NCBI RefSeq assembly: GCF_006345805.1 | Contig: NC_043013.1 | Location: forward strand, 6,944,001 to 7,008,000 | Reading direction: 5' to 3' | DNA from: Octopus sinensis | Taxonomy: Eukaryota | Length of the DNA stretch: 64,000 nt | Part shown: positions 13,030 through 26,700 of the stretch, piece after piece | How positions within the stretch are numbered: the stretch's first letter is position 1 | Layout of the letters: each line of letters begins with the position of its first letter | Translations under genes and position numbers: made by a program | The notes under the pieces: model-generated | Told to the model about the DNA's origin: nothing | Databases searched by the model: none | Seen by the model: the letters and a program-made list of their open reading frames with translations, nothing else

Positions 13030-13485
13030 CATATATATATATAAAATAATATATATATATATATCTTTATATAAAAGAAATGTATGAATACTCACATTTT
13101 TCTCTCTCTCATAAGACCACTGAAAGCAGCTACCTTAGTTCGTTGCAGCCACAATTCTACTATTATGACGCAACCTTTCTGATTAAAATTACTTATATTC
13201 GGCTACCAGCACTTAAATGCGTCATGCTATATTTGTTTCTCTTTTTTTATGTATATATTTTTTAAGACTTTCATTCGATACGCTTACAGTTTTGGTTACG
13301 CTTCTGTAATTTATGTATATATATATATATATATTCTACACATGTATCAATATACATATTACTTATATAACTTATATCTATATATACCCACTTACACACT
13401 CACTCTCTCGCTTTTATTCTTCCTCTCTCTCTTTCTCTCAAATACCCACACACACACACACACATACACACACACACAACCACAC

Positions 13486-13552
<67 letters not shown>

Positions 13553-13578
13553 CTGTGTGTCTGTGTATCTGTGTCTGT

Positions 13579-13820
13579 GTGGCGGCGCGTGGCTTAGTGG
13601 TTAGGGTGTCAGCATCATGATCGTAAGATTGTGGTTTCGATTCCTGGACCGAGCAACGCGTTATGTTCTTGAGCAAAACACTTCATTCATTTCAAGTTCC
13701 TGGCAAAAATGAGTAACGCTGCCATGGACTGGCGTCCCGTCCAGCTGGAGAACACATACGCCATTGAAACCGGGAAACCGAGCCCATGAGCTTGGCTAGG
13801 CTTTAAAAGGGCGCGTTTAT
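13579..13820 (+). mobile_element. tRNA-derived SINE family D
   Basis: GGCGGCGCGTGGCTTAGTGGTTAGG...GGTTTCGATTCC head with A/B boxes, followed by a non-tRNA body. Confidence 0.75.
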
Positions 13821-13868
<48 letters not shown>

Positions 13869-14193
13869 CATACATACACACATACATATTTACACACACA
13901 CATTCTCCCTCTCTGTCTCCCACACAATATGTAAATATTGGCGTTATATTCTGAATAGAATACAACTTAGAGCATGGGAAATAAAAAACTCAGACGACAA
14001 AAACATGATGTCAGACATACAGACTTCTGTATGTATGTACAACACCCAACAACAAATACAAACAATCACATACACATACACGCGCGCGAGCGCACACTTT
14101 TATCTCTTGATGAATTCGTGGGCGATGTTCTGAACATACGACAATTTTAACAACCAAACTGCTTGCTTCACCCTGCCGGTAAATCGAAATAAA

Positions 14194-14423
14194 GGCGGCG
14201 AGCTGGCAGAAACGTTAGCACGCCGGGCGAAGTGCTTAGCGGTATTTCGTCTGCTTTACGTTGTGAGTTCAAATTCCGCCGAGGTCGACTTTGCCTTTCA
14301 TCCTTTCGGGGTCGATAAATTAAGTACCAGTTACGCACTGGGGTCGATGTAATCGACTTAATACCTATGTCTGTCCTTGTTTGTCCCCTCTGTGTTTAGC
14401 CCCTTGTGGGTAATAAAGAAATA
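14194..14423 (+). mobile_element. tRNA-derived SINE family B, full-length copy with 16-bp TSD
   Basis: A/B-box-like head GGCGGCGAGCTGGCAG...GAGTTCAAATTCC; core GCCTTTCATCCTTTCGGGGTCGATAAA; TSD GGTAAATCGAAATAAA at 14178-14193 and 14424-14439. Further copies at ~1420-2015, 2490-2830, 15045-15270, 22290-22520, 24278-24510 (13-bp TSD), 29215-29600, 47755-47980, 50290-50770, 53350-53530, 57650-57770, 63880-64000. Confidence 0.9.
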
Positions 14424-14660
14424 GGTAAATCGAAATAAATAGTCACGAAGGAGGGCTGTACCAATACAAAACATCAATGAGGACTGGGACTCTATTTTAT
14501 GATATCGTGGGGCTAGGAGGCGAAAAATGTAAGAGAAGTTTCGAAAAATCCCGAAAAGAAATCGAAAGTATTATATTTGACGATCTATACCCTACAACAC
14601 CCAACCAATATATGTGTACGTAAGTATGTATGTATGTATGTATGTATGTATGTATGTATG

Positions 14661-14692
<32 letters not shown>

Positions 14693-15569
14693 AGTATAAA
14701 AGTAAAAATAAGAATTTGAATACAAGTAGAATTAGCTTGTTAATGTTTTCTCTACTGATTTTCTGTAGAAATCAAAGCCAGGACCGATTTGTTGCGACCT
14801 TTCGTATCCGAATACGTCTAAGGAAAGCAATGCAACCGATGATGGAAAAATAAGGGGCAAATGGGTTCACATGTATATTGCAAGAGTCCTTGCTCCTTCT
14901 TGAGCACCACATCCAACCCATTAACAATAAAACTAATTCATTGTTCGTAAGCAATGATTTCGAAAATTCGCCCTTGATACCTTTCGCCATTTTTGTGGCT
15001 TATCAACATCACGTGCTTTAACGGATTCGATAACGAATCGAATCACCAGCTGGCAGAACCGTTAGCGCGCCGGGCGAAATGCTTAGCGGTATTTCGTCTA
15101 CCGTTACGTTCTGAGTTCAAATTCCGCCAAGGTCGACTTTGCCTTTCATCCTTTCGGGGTCGATAAATAAAGTACCAGTTTCGTACTGGGGTCGATCTGA
15201 TCGACTTAATACCTATGTCTGTCCTTGTTTGTCCCCTCTATATTTAGCCCCTTGTGGGTAGTAAAGAAATATATTTATAATTAGAGTGAAAACTATTTGC
15301 TGATATGCCACGGCGATGTTAGCGCCAGTGATGTACACATTATCGACCGCACTTACTCAGTTTATGTGTTTTTATTTGTTCGCTGTTTCACAGCAGTATA
15401 GCGGTTGGGGCACAACTCTCTCCTTACGCTGCGTGCCAAAACACATGAAAGTCATACAAAGGTGCGACAACCTGCTCTCATTTCCAGTAAAGGAGAGATG
15501 GATACCTATATTTGGCTATTTTTGTGGCTTATCAACATCACGTGAAAACACGTTATAAAAGGAAAACTA

Positions 15570-15647
<78 letters not shown>

Positions 15648-15648
15648 T

Positions 15649-17362
15649 ATGGATGACCTAAAACTATACGCTACAAATGACGAACAGCTGGAAACACTAC
15701 TACATGCAGTTCATGGATTTGCCAAAGAAATAGATATGAAATTTGGATTAGAAAAATGCGCCAAAGTAACCCTGAAAAGAGGGAAACTAGTTAAGAGAAG
15801 CAACATCACACTAGATAAAGCCAATGAAATAAGAGAATCAGACCAAAGCCAAACTTACAAATACTTAGGAATCCATGAACTAGATAAGATACAACACACA
15901 CAAATGAAAGAGAAAATAAAGAAAGAATACTATAGACGAGTGAGATCAATACTAAAAACAGCTCAATGCTAAAAACAAGATAATAGGTATTAAAACTTTA
16001 GCCGTCCCAGTTATAAGTTACAGCTACAATATCCTTAACTGGACACTAAATGAACTAACCAAAATAGATAGGAAAACAAGAAAAGTAATGACAGGATCTT
16101 GGATGCATCACCCAAAATCTGACATAGAAGGTGGTAGAGGCCTTATACAGCTGGAAAACTATTATAAAATAACCACCATAGGACTGCAAAAATATCTACT
16201 TCAGAAGCAAGGAAAACTGATACAAATAGCGGCAAAACACGAGTAAAACAAAAAACTGTTCTCAGTATTTAAGGAAACTGACAAATACAAACAAGAAATC
16301 ATACCACCTAACAAATATGAAGAAGAAGAAGAAGAAGAGAAGAAGAAGAGAAGAAGAAGAAGAAGAAGAAGAAGAAGAAGAAGAAGAAGAAGAAGAAGAA
16401 GAAGAAGAAGAAGAAGAAGAAGAAAAAGAAGAAGAAAACACAACAAAAGCTATAAAACAAATGAAATTCAAACAGCAACGGACCATGATAAAACGATGGC
16501 AAGAAAAGCCCCTTCATGGCAAATACTGGACCGAACTAAATGCAAAAGAAATAGACAAAGAAAAATCCCAGCAATGGTTGAGAAGTTCAGGACTCAAAGC
16601 AGAGACAGCGGGATTTTTAATCGCAGCACAAGACCAAAGCCTCCCCACCAGAAATTACCAAAAACATATAATGAAAAGAAACATGACAAGTAACTGCAGA
16701 ATATGTGGAGATGGACAAGAAACAATAAATCATATTATCTCTGGCTGCCCAGTCCTGGCTAAGAAGGAATATATTCACAGACATGACAGAGTTGGGACCT
16801 ACATACACTGGAAGCTATGCCAACATTATGGAATAACATCAGAAAAAAGATGGTATAGGTACACACGAGAAAAGGTCACAAAAAACGAGAAAGCAACCAT
16901 ACTCTGGGATATGCCAATACACACAGATAGAGAAATTAAGGCCAACAGGGCAGATATAGTTGTCAGAGATCATGAAAAAAAAAATGCTTTCTAATTGATG
17001 TATCAATACCAGCAAGATGACAACGTGCCTCTAAAAGAAATGGAAAAACTTTCAAAATACAAAGACCTGGAAATAGTGGTAACTCGAATGTGGAATCTAA
17101 AAACAGAAACAATCCCTATCATAGTAGGTGCATTAGGTATGATAAAAAATTATTCAGACAAATACATAACAAAAACACCAGGACTTACAAACACATATGA
17201 CATACGGAAAATTGCACTACTGGGCACTGCACACATCCTACGCAAAACACTTTCAATACAGTAACCATCAGAGCATTACAACAAGTCACAACACATACCC
17301 AAGGCACACAGAGCTGCGCTCGGTAGTGAAGTGAAAGCACGATATAAAAATAAAACTATTGA
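15649..17362 (+). mobile_element. 5'-truncated R4/Dong-clade non-LTR retrotransposon in an (AAT)n tract
   Basis: Begins at the RT YMDD motif; CRICG...H...C zinc knuckle, RHD, and a restriction-like endonuclease region (RADIVV...LID...EKLSKYKDL). (AAT)n on both sides (15574-15647, 17365-17420); stops and frameshifts. Confidence 0.85.
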
Positions 17363-17365
17363 ATG

Positions 17366-17422
<57 letters not shown>

Positions 17423-18024
17423 TCATGGAAAATGAGAAAGCAACAATGCTATGGGATATGCCAATACACACAGAAGGAGAAATTAAGGCCAACTGGCCAA
17501 ATATAAATATATATATATATATATATGTATGTATATATGTGTGTGTTTGTATGTGTACCTACAACAGAGAGAATAGAAATGGGTTAAGCTTTACTACAGC
17601 TGTTTTAGACAGTTTTTTTAACTGAAGAATAAACTGTTCACAACATTATAATAGCAAGCGTTTTCTCTAGGTGAATTAAAATCTTAAATATGAAATCTAA
17701 AATGTGGTTCGGAAACAGCTGAAGTGAGCGATAACCCATTTGTTTTCTTTCTTTATGTGAATGTCATACCTGGGACCTACTCTGCGTTGAATCAGGAATT
17801 GATAGTGAATCGTGAAACTGTGTACCAGCCTGCATTTGTGTGTATAATTTCATATACATGCATACATATATGGATGTGTATATTAATTTGTTCATATGCA
17901 TGTATATGCAAGTGTTGAAACATGTCCGCATGTGCATTAGTATACACGTGGGTTTCTGTATACAGAATTTACACGGCTATATTAATCTTGACCCTAACTT
18001 GGTGACATTTGTTATTAAAATACC

Positions 18025-18975
18025 TTAGCCATCTTTGCTTGCTATGCAGACGATACAAAAGTGCCTCAGAGGATATAGAAACCTGGCGACATTGCGCATC
18101 TGCAGCGTGAGTTGGAGACAATATACAAGTGTGCTGAGGAAAATAACATGCAGTTTAATGCTGGAAAATTTCAAGCCCTGCACCACCATACATGAAGCGC
18201 AATAGAAGGCAGATCGGATACTTTGGCCCAGGATGGATTGCAATCTCTGAATCAAAATTAGTGCGTGACCTGAGCATCGACATGAGTAACAATGCATCTT
18301 TCCAGCTGCATATTACCAAGTTGTCAATAAAATGCAAACGCTTGGCCGGATGGATCCTTCGAACTTTCAAGACGAGAGAAAAGAAAACCATGATGGTCAT
18401 CTGGAGGGCTTTTGTCGTTAGTCGTCTGAATTACCGCTCCCAAACTGTAAAATTAACTCCGGAACTCGAGGCAATTCAGCGAAGCTATACAATGAAGAGA
18501 CACATTGCGAGAGACTATAAGGGACTGAAAGAGTTAAGACTCTGCTCCCTTGAACGAAGGCGGAACAGATATGCAGTAATATACAACTGGAAAATCCTAG
18601 AAAAACTTGTACCAAAATTTGGCATTGTCAGTTACACAAACAGCAGGATAGGGCCCCACTGTATAGTACCAAAAGTCCCAACCTTGCCACCAGCATACAC
18701 GACCAGATACTGCAACAGTTTGGGCTTCAAGGGCCCAAAATGCTTCAATATCCTCCCGCAAAGCCTGGGAGACCTGCATGGCGTGGATGTAGGAGTTTTC
18801 AAAAGCAAACTGGATCAATTTCTGTCAAGTCAAGAAACACAGATGATGGCAGTAAGGTCAAATTCCCTAGTCCACCAAATGTTAACTCTCAGAGGAGGCT
18901 TAGTGAAAGAGCAGCAAAGCAAACGGCAGTGTCTCAGCATGGCTGCAGTCCTCGGACTGGAACGAAATAAGAAAA
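18025..18975 (+). mobile_element. CR1-group LINE 3' fragment
   Basis: YADDTK, FNAGKF, RDLSIDMS...FQLHI, LERRR motifs; ends in CAGCATGGCTGCAGTC...AAGAAAA. Confidence 0.85.
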
Positions 18976-19249
18976 AAATATACGAATAATTAATACACAC
19001 ACACACACACATATGCACACACATATACGTAATATAATTCTTTTTCTTTTACTTGTTTCAGTCATTTGACTTCGACCATGCTGGAGCACCGCCTTTCGTC
19101 GAACAAATCGATTCTAGGACTTATTCTTTGTAAGCCTAGTACTTATTATATCGGCTTCTTTTGTCGAAACGCAAGGTTACAGGGACGTAAACACACCAAC
19201 ATCGGTTCTCAAATCAAGGGAGTCAAGTACAGACACATAAATACATACA

Positions 19250-20362
19250 TATTAGGTTGGTTACTAAGTTGCCGCCATTTCTTTTTTTTTAAAGTTTTAA
19301 TAAAACATAACAACTAATTAATCAATAATGTATTCACCCTTGGTGAATACAACTTCTTCCCAACGTTCAACAAGATTTTCAATACCTCGTTGGTAGAAAT
19401 CACCCGATATCGACTCGAAAAATTGATCCAACCAAGCTCTCAATTCTGCATCAGTATTGAACGAAACTCTGCGCATAGCATTTGAAAGAGATCGAAAGGG
19501 GTGGAAATCCGTTGGTGCCTAATCAGGAGAGTACGGCGGGTGTGGCAGCACTTCCCAGCCATGCGTTTGAATGGCTTCCTTGGGCTTATTGGCAATATAA
19601 TGGCGGGCGGTGTCGTACAGTAGAACTCCATGCTGCCGAATAGGTTTTTTCTCTTGAATAGCCATGTTAAGTCGTTCCATCTGTTGAACATAGAGTTCTC
19701 GTTTCACGCGCGGTGTTTAGCGAAGGTAAGCCATTCCTTACGCTGCTTCATATTGATGTACAGGCACCATTCTTCGTCGCCAGTAATGATTCAGTAAAGA
19801 CATCATTGCTTGTGTCCATGAGTTGAGCGGTGACGAGCAAGCAAACCAGCAGAGATTGTGGCTTGTTGATTTTTGTTGTTGTCACTTAAAGCATGCAGAA
19901 CCCATGCTCCATACTTCTGAACCTTTCCCATCGAGTGAAGATGCTTCTCTATAGCAGTGGGGGAGCATTCCATTTTCTCTGCAAGTTGCCTTGTCGATTT
20001 ACGAGAATTTTCCTGCGAAAATTGGTTTAATCGCTCTTCATCGAACTCAACTGGACGGTCAGAACGAGGTGCGGTTCTTTGAGCTATGGCACGTTCTCCA
20101 TACACAGCACAAATATCGCGAGCAGCTTTTGCGACCTTAGAACCTTGATTAAAATAAAAAAAAGGAGGTATCGAAAATGCTCGTTTTTCTTAACCTGATA
20201 TACCAATTTAATGATCTGAAAATAAACAAAAATTAACTAAAAAATAAACATGTAGATTCCAAAATGATTAAAAAATAATATTCTCGAAAAAAATGGTATT
20301 CTCTAAAATTAAAAACGCAATAAATTCCAAAATTTAAAAAAATCGGCGGCAACCCAATACAT
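19250..20362 (-). mobile_element. Decayed mariner transposon nested in the internal microsatellite of a SINE
   Basis: WVLHAL (WVPHEL-like), ITGDEEW and HPPYSPD motifs. Imperfect TIRs TATTAGGTTGG...GTTGCCGCC / GGCGGCAACCCAATA. SINE-C halves at 19030-19245 and 20440-20600 flank it. Confidence 0.85.
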
Positions 20363-20377
20363 AATACATATATAAAT

Positions 20378-20444
<67 letters not shown>

Positions 20445-20759
20445 GCGGGCTTCTTTCAGTTTCTTCTACCAAATACACTCACAAGGGTTTGGTCGGCCTG
20501 AGGCACTTTCCCAAATTGCCACGTAGTGGGACTGAACCAAGAACCATGTGGCTGGTAAGCAAGTTACTTACTTACTTACCACATAGTCACTCTTGCGCCT
20601 ATATATATATATTTTTTTTTTCTCTAGTTTCAGTTCAGAGCTGCGGCCATGCTGATGCACCGCCGTTTTGTGCTACACTGTTATTACGAAGAATCTCGTC
20701 TAATATGTGGCACTTGGTGAAGAATGGAGTTTCATATAGCTACTCTCATTTGCACCTCT

Positions 20760-21430
20760 TGCCGTGACGTAGGTTCATCTGGGTACTCTTGACAGGAAGA
20801 TGCCCAGCTTTGATTTAAAAACCGCTACATCTACTTTGTGCAAGTTCCTCAGACTCTTTGGGAGAATATTAAAAAGCTGTGGGCCCTTGAAACCCAGGCT
20901 GTTGCAGAAGCTGGTCCTGAAGCGTGATGGCATTGCTGGGATCTTTGGCACTATGCAGTGTCGTCCCGTTCTAGCATTGGTGTAGCTTACAATGCCAAAA
21001 TTTGGCACAATTCCTTCCAGGATCTTCCACACATATATTACTACATACCTCTCCCGTCTTCTCTCCAGGGAGTAGAGTCTTCGCTGTTTCAACCTTTCCC
21101 AGTAGCTGAGCTGTTGCAAAGAGACGATCTTCTTTGTGAATCTTCTCTGGATTGCTTCAAGGTCTGCTGTTATCTCTGGTTCTGAATGTTCTTAGGATCC
21201 ACCCAGCCAGTCGTCTGCACTTTGACGCCATCCTGGTAATGTGCACTTGGAAAGAGGTATCACCACTCATGTCGATACCCAGGTCCCTCACAGACTTAGG
21301 CGCTGGGATTGAAATTCCCTGTGGACCGGTGTATCCTGTAAGTTTAATATTCAGTTTTGGATGCTGGTAGCGCAGGGCCTGGAATTTTTCAGCATTAAAC
21401 TGCATATTATTATCCTCAGCCCATCTTTAG
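20760..21430 (-). mobile_element. Second fragment of the same CR1-group LINE
   Basis: MQFNAEKFQAL...RDLGIDMS...RRLAGWILRTF and LYSLERRRERY, homologous to 18025-18975. Confidence 0.85.
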
Positions 21431-21743
21431 ATTGAGTCCAGGGAGGCGCAATGGCCCTGTGGTTAGGGCAACGGACTCGTGGTCGTAGGATCGCGGTTTC
21501 GATTCCCAGACCGGGTGTTGTGAGTGTTTATTGAGCGAAAACACCTAAAGCTTCACGAGGCTCCAGCAAGGGATGGTGGCGATCCCTGCTGTACTCTTTC
21601 GCCACAGCTTTCTCTCACTCTTTCTTCTGTTGGCCTGCTCACTCAGCCAGCGGGGTGGCATCATTTGAAGGCTAAAACAATGCGAAGCGCATTGTGACCA
21701 GCGATGTTTAGCAACATCAGATAGCCTGGTTACGGTGATCACG

Positions 21744-21780
<37 letters not shown>

Positions 21781-24700
21781 ATGCGTATACACCCCACCAC
21801 CACACAGGCGCGCGCACACACACACACACATAAATGCTTGCCTGTATCTCACAGGATCTCCTATTGCAACACTGAGAATTTCAGACACTCCCACTCGCTC
21901 CCATACGCATTTTTACGTACGCCCACAAATTATTCACGACGCTTATTCAATAAAACCCCTTCATATGCTATTCAAATGTTACAACATAAAATGTTGCGGA
22001 ACAGTTGTGATGACAGTTTGTTTTATACTCGCACCGTATTATTATAATATCGGGTAGATGTTATATAAAAGTCATTATTTGTAAAGAATGTTTTGGGTGG
22101 ATTTTGTGAGGTTTACTGGAGCTTTACTAATGTTATCTTTAGAAATCTAATAAGAATGATGGCGACAAGAGAAACCTTGTCTTTGTGGAAACATACTCTG
22201 TTCTAATAAATTTTGAACTTTAAGAGTTGAGATTTGTTAAAGAAATCCATAAAAGGAATAAACCACATTAAATACTGTGCATGAGATACCTATTTCTTTA
22301 TTACCCACAAGGGGCTAAACACAGAGGGGACAAACAAGGACAGACATAGGTATTAAGTCGATTACATTGACCCCAGTGCGTAACTGGTACTTAATTTATC
22401 GACCCTGAAAGGATGAAAGGCAAAGTCGACCTCGGCGGAATTTGAACTCACAACGTAACGCAGACGAAATACCGCTAAGCATTTCGCCCGGCGTGCTAAC
22501 GTTTCTGCCAGCTCGCCTGTGCATGAAGTACCGACACACTTATGACATCCCACCTGAAGGCTACAGCCATGCAATCCAAGTGCAAGAAAACCCTACAAAC
22601 TACCTGTAGAATAGTTAGTCTAATATTAATTCTTAATTTTCGCTTTCATTTCTATGGGTTGCATTTTAATTGCCTCGTTTCTTCCCAAGTATTTGTAGCG
22701 TGTTTATTATACTGTAATTCTCTAATTTCATTATGAATGCCGAGAGTGATATTTTCAGTTTTAGTGAATTGACTTCCACTTAATGTCCCTTTATTGCATT
22801 TGCTTAATCCCATGTTCATTCTTATGTCTTTGCCAAAATTTTGGAGAAATTTGAGGAGAGTTTCTCATTCGCTGATACTTTTTGCGAAGATTTTAATACA
22901 TCTCCATACACACGGGATTCTATTTTGTCTATAACATCTGTATCCCACTAACCACTAAGCCACGCGCATCCGCTCATGGTGTGACTTGTGCTAAAGTAAA
23001 TACATTAAAAGCATATCAGAACAAGGGCAATGACTGCAACGTTTAACGAAACAGAAGAAAATATTGGAATTGGTCTTAGATTTGGATTGTGGCAGAAAAC
23101 ACATGGTGGCACATCTTCCGACTCTTTATGGTTTGAGTTCAAATGACGCCAAGGGCGACTTTACCTTTCATCCTTTTAGGATTCATAAATGAAGTAGAAG
23201 TCAAGTACCAGGGTCGACTACTATCCACCCCTCACAATTACTGGTCTTCTGCCAAAATTACAAAGAATTATGATTGTCACCTATTCTTTGGTTTGACCGA
23301 GGCCATGCTGGTGCAACGCCTTTAGTAGAACAAATCGACATCAGTATTTATTCTTTGTAAGTCTAGTACTTATTCTATTGGTTCTTTTGCCGAACCGCTA
23401 AGTTACGAAGAGTTAAACACTCAAGCATCGGTTGTCAAGTGATGGTGGAGGACAAACACATAAATATATATATATATGCGTGTGTATATGTATGTATGTA
23501 TGTATGCGTGTGTATATGTATGTATGTATGTATGTATATCAAATAAGCAACAGGCTATCGAAAGGTGATATCCTGTTGCTTATTTTGATTTTATTATCCT
23601 TACCTTGAATTGTACAGATAATACCGCACTGAGTTGGTGCTTCAACATAAGTACCTATTTCAACTGAATCTCAATTGTATATATATATAAATATTATATA
23701 TATATATATGTATGTATGTATGTATATGTATCAAATGAAATAATACCAAGTATGTCTATGAAGATTTACAAACATACTTTCCCAGTGATACTCGGTTTAC
23801 CTACAATTATAAACAATACCAAATGTTTTTCTCAAACCTTTTATAATGTGATACAAGTCTTTGGTGTAGCAATTGCATGCTGCTGAAGAGGGCTTTTGAA
23901 CTATCTGTTATGTCGATTATGCATTGATGTAAGAATAAGTTGTTCTATAAAGCTCGAAACATATGTACCGCGACATCCTTTGTGTCCTGTTTTTTCATTT
24001 ATTTCATTTGATACATATATCCTCTCACCTATGCTACTAGCTGGCATATACAGGTGCTTACATTTATCAAGTATTCACCCTGAATTTATATATGTATATA
24101 TGTATGTACGTATGTATGTATGTATGATTATGTATATACCTCGAGGTTCTTTCAGTTTCCATCTACCAATTTCATTCACAAAGCTTTCCTCGGCCCGAGA
24201 CTATAGTAGAAGACACTTGCCCAAGGTGCCACGCAATTGGATGGAAGCTAGAAAAGGTGGTTGGGAAGTAAGCTTCTTATTTCTTTATTGCCCACGAGGG
24301 GCTAAACATAGTGGCGTCAAACAAGGACAGACAACGGGTTAAGTCGATTACATCGACCCAGTGTCTTACTGGTACTTAATTTATCGACCTCGAAAGAATG
24401 AAAGGCAAAGTCGACCTCGGCGAAATTTGAACTCAGAACGTAGCGCCAGACGAAATACCGCAAAGCATTTCGCTCGGCGTGCTAACGTTTCTGCCAGCTC
24501 GCCGTCTTATAAGTAAGCTTCTTGCCACACAGCCACGCCTGTACCTAAAGTGGAAGAATCTATAAAACAATAGTAAAAACTTGTTGTGGCTTATTTATAT
24601 CAGGGTTCTCAACGGGAGCCATATAGCCCCTAATTAGCCATGAAACATTTCTTGGGGGTGACAAAGTTAAGAGTGAAAAATAGGGAGCCACATGGGGCTA

Positions 24701-24789
24701 CGGGGACCACAAAAATTTTGGGAATCATAAAATATTAACATGTAGGTATGTATTTTTATTTGTAAAATCCACATTACAGATATACATAT

Positions 24790-25172
24790 GGAATAGAAGC
24801 ACTCCGTCGGTTACGACGACGAGGGTTCCGGTTGATCCGATCAACGGAACAGCCTGCTCGTGAAATTAACGTGTAAGTGGCTGAGCACTCCACAGACACG
24901 TGTACCCTTAACGTAGTTCTCGGGGATATTCAGCGTGACACAGAGAGTGACAAGGCCGGCCCTTTGAAATACAGGTACAACAGAAACAGGAAGTAAGAGT
25001 GAGAGAAAGTTGTGGTGAAAGAGTACAGCAGGGATCACCACCATCCCTGCCGGAGCCTCGTGGAGCTTTTTAGGTGTTTTCGCTCAATAAACACTCACAA
25101 CGCCCGGTCTGGGAATCGAAATCCTACGACCGCGAGTCCGCTGCCCTAACCACTGGGCCATTGCGCCTCCAC
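24790..25172 (-). mobile_element. tRNA-derived SINE family A
   Basis: Head GGAGGCGCAATGGCCCAGTGGTTAGG...GATTCCCAGACC. Near-identical body at 34997-35310; related head with a different body at 21441-21750 (+). Confidence 0.88.
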
Positions 25173-25554
25173 AAGATATGCATATAAGAAAGGCGTGTAT
25201 ATGCGTTTACAATTATGATGGATCATCCTTATGTACTAATTTTCTTCTACATTCATAAAGAACTCATGTTAGAATATTAGATTTTGAGTATTGTATGTCT
25301 GGTTCCTAAGATGAACAGCTACATGTCATTGTATCATACCAAATCTCTCCAAAACTTTGAAGCTGAAAGACATCCATACATAATGGACAGCGCAGAAGGC
25401 AAAGTCACAATTAGTAATCCAAACTCCACTTCAACATTATTGACGAAATGGATAATCCATCCATACAGCAACGTCCACGCTAACGGATTAACTTCTGCAC
25501 AAGTCTGCATCAGGTTTATTTATTTATTTATTTTTTGCTTTGTCAAATTATACC

Positions 25555-25585
<31 letters not shown>

Positions 25586-25625
25586 CTTCTTCTTCTTCTT
25601 CTTCTTCTTCTTTCTTCTTCTTCTT

Positions 25626-25665
<40 letters not shown>

Positions 25666-26067
25666 TCTCTCGCTATCTGCTTATCTCACCCTACTTCTTC
25701 TGCTCTTGATTCCGTACTTGCTTGTTTAATTATATTTGTCTGCACATATCTCCTTCTTTTTACTCCCTTCAGCCTAAGTGTTTATAAGCAACTTTAATTA
25801 ACATAAATATTCCATCTAGGTCCATAGCGTCAGAGGCGGGGGGCAGAAAGGTCGATCCACCAAGTTAAATCATTGATCAATCATTCGAACTGGACCCACG
25901 CGGTCAGGAAAACGGCTCCTTCACATACGACTATAGGATTTATTTTCAATAAATCTATAATTAATAAGGGCTTTGAGAAGTATTCAAACTAAGATGGGGG
26001 ATGAAGAGGGAGACGAGAGACCGAGGGTACCCCCGAAAACAAACAAACAATTCATTAGAAAAGTTTT

Positions 26068-26700
26068 ACTAGCATTATGACCCGTCGTTGCCGGCTCATA
26101 GTGCTAGTGCATGTATATATGTGTACATATTACATGTACATCTATATATATACATCTACACATAAAATACAAAATACAAAGTTATATCTTGATATCTCTA
26201 GTGATAACAATACTGAAAATATATAACAGACTGTAATTGTAGGACTATTCCATTTCTGAACGCTAATTTTATTTTTAATTTATTCCCATTCATGTGAAAC
26301 CACTTATTCAAGTTCAAATCCTTGATGCAATTTTAACCCAATTTCTATTTTTACTTTTGTTATGTTACGATTATATTATACTTTAGTTTGATTTTAATTA
26401 TTACTTGCTACATATAATTCAATTATTATTATTTTTATTGTTAAAGTGAAAGTATCTGACATAAAATAGAGAAATGTTTTTGTTTCACTTTTAACACGTA
26501 ATACTGAAATAGTGGAGAAGATATGATATTGCTATGGGCTCGCCCTAGGCAAGAAGTTGAATATTTTTTTGCCCATGAAACTACATGGATCCTAAGTAAG
26601 GCATGTGTAAAATTTGAATGAAATTGGTCGTGTAGTTCTCAAGTTTTAGGGAAAAACACAGACAGACAGACACACATTCTCAGTTTTATATATATAGAGA
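26068..26700 (+). mobile_element. Non-autonomous Helitron/Helentron-like element nested in the hAT remnant
   Basis: ACTAG...GACCCGTCGTTGC start; (CAGA)n and TATATATAGAGAT end. Confidence 0.55.

Noticed and set aside
14991-15545. 26-bp direct repeat TTTTTGTGGCTTATCAACATCACGTG at ~14991 and ~15521
   Set aside because: Too far apart and too long for a TSD of the intervening SINE; no element could be defined, probably fragments of an old repeat.
21441-21520. tRNA gene-like sequences (also 13579, 14194, 25100-25172)
   Set aside because: No complete cloverleaf; each continues into a SINE body.
23604-23800. Possible minus-strand microexons (23778-23800 GKPSITGK; 23604-23654 VLMLKHQLSAVLSVQFK)
   Set aside because: Donors are good and phases compatible, but the second acceptor is weak, no homology is recognised, and such motifs arise by chance in AT-rich DNA.
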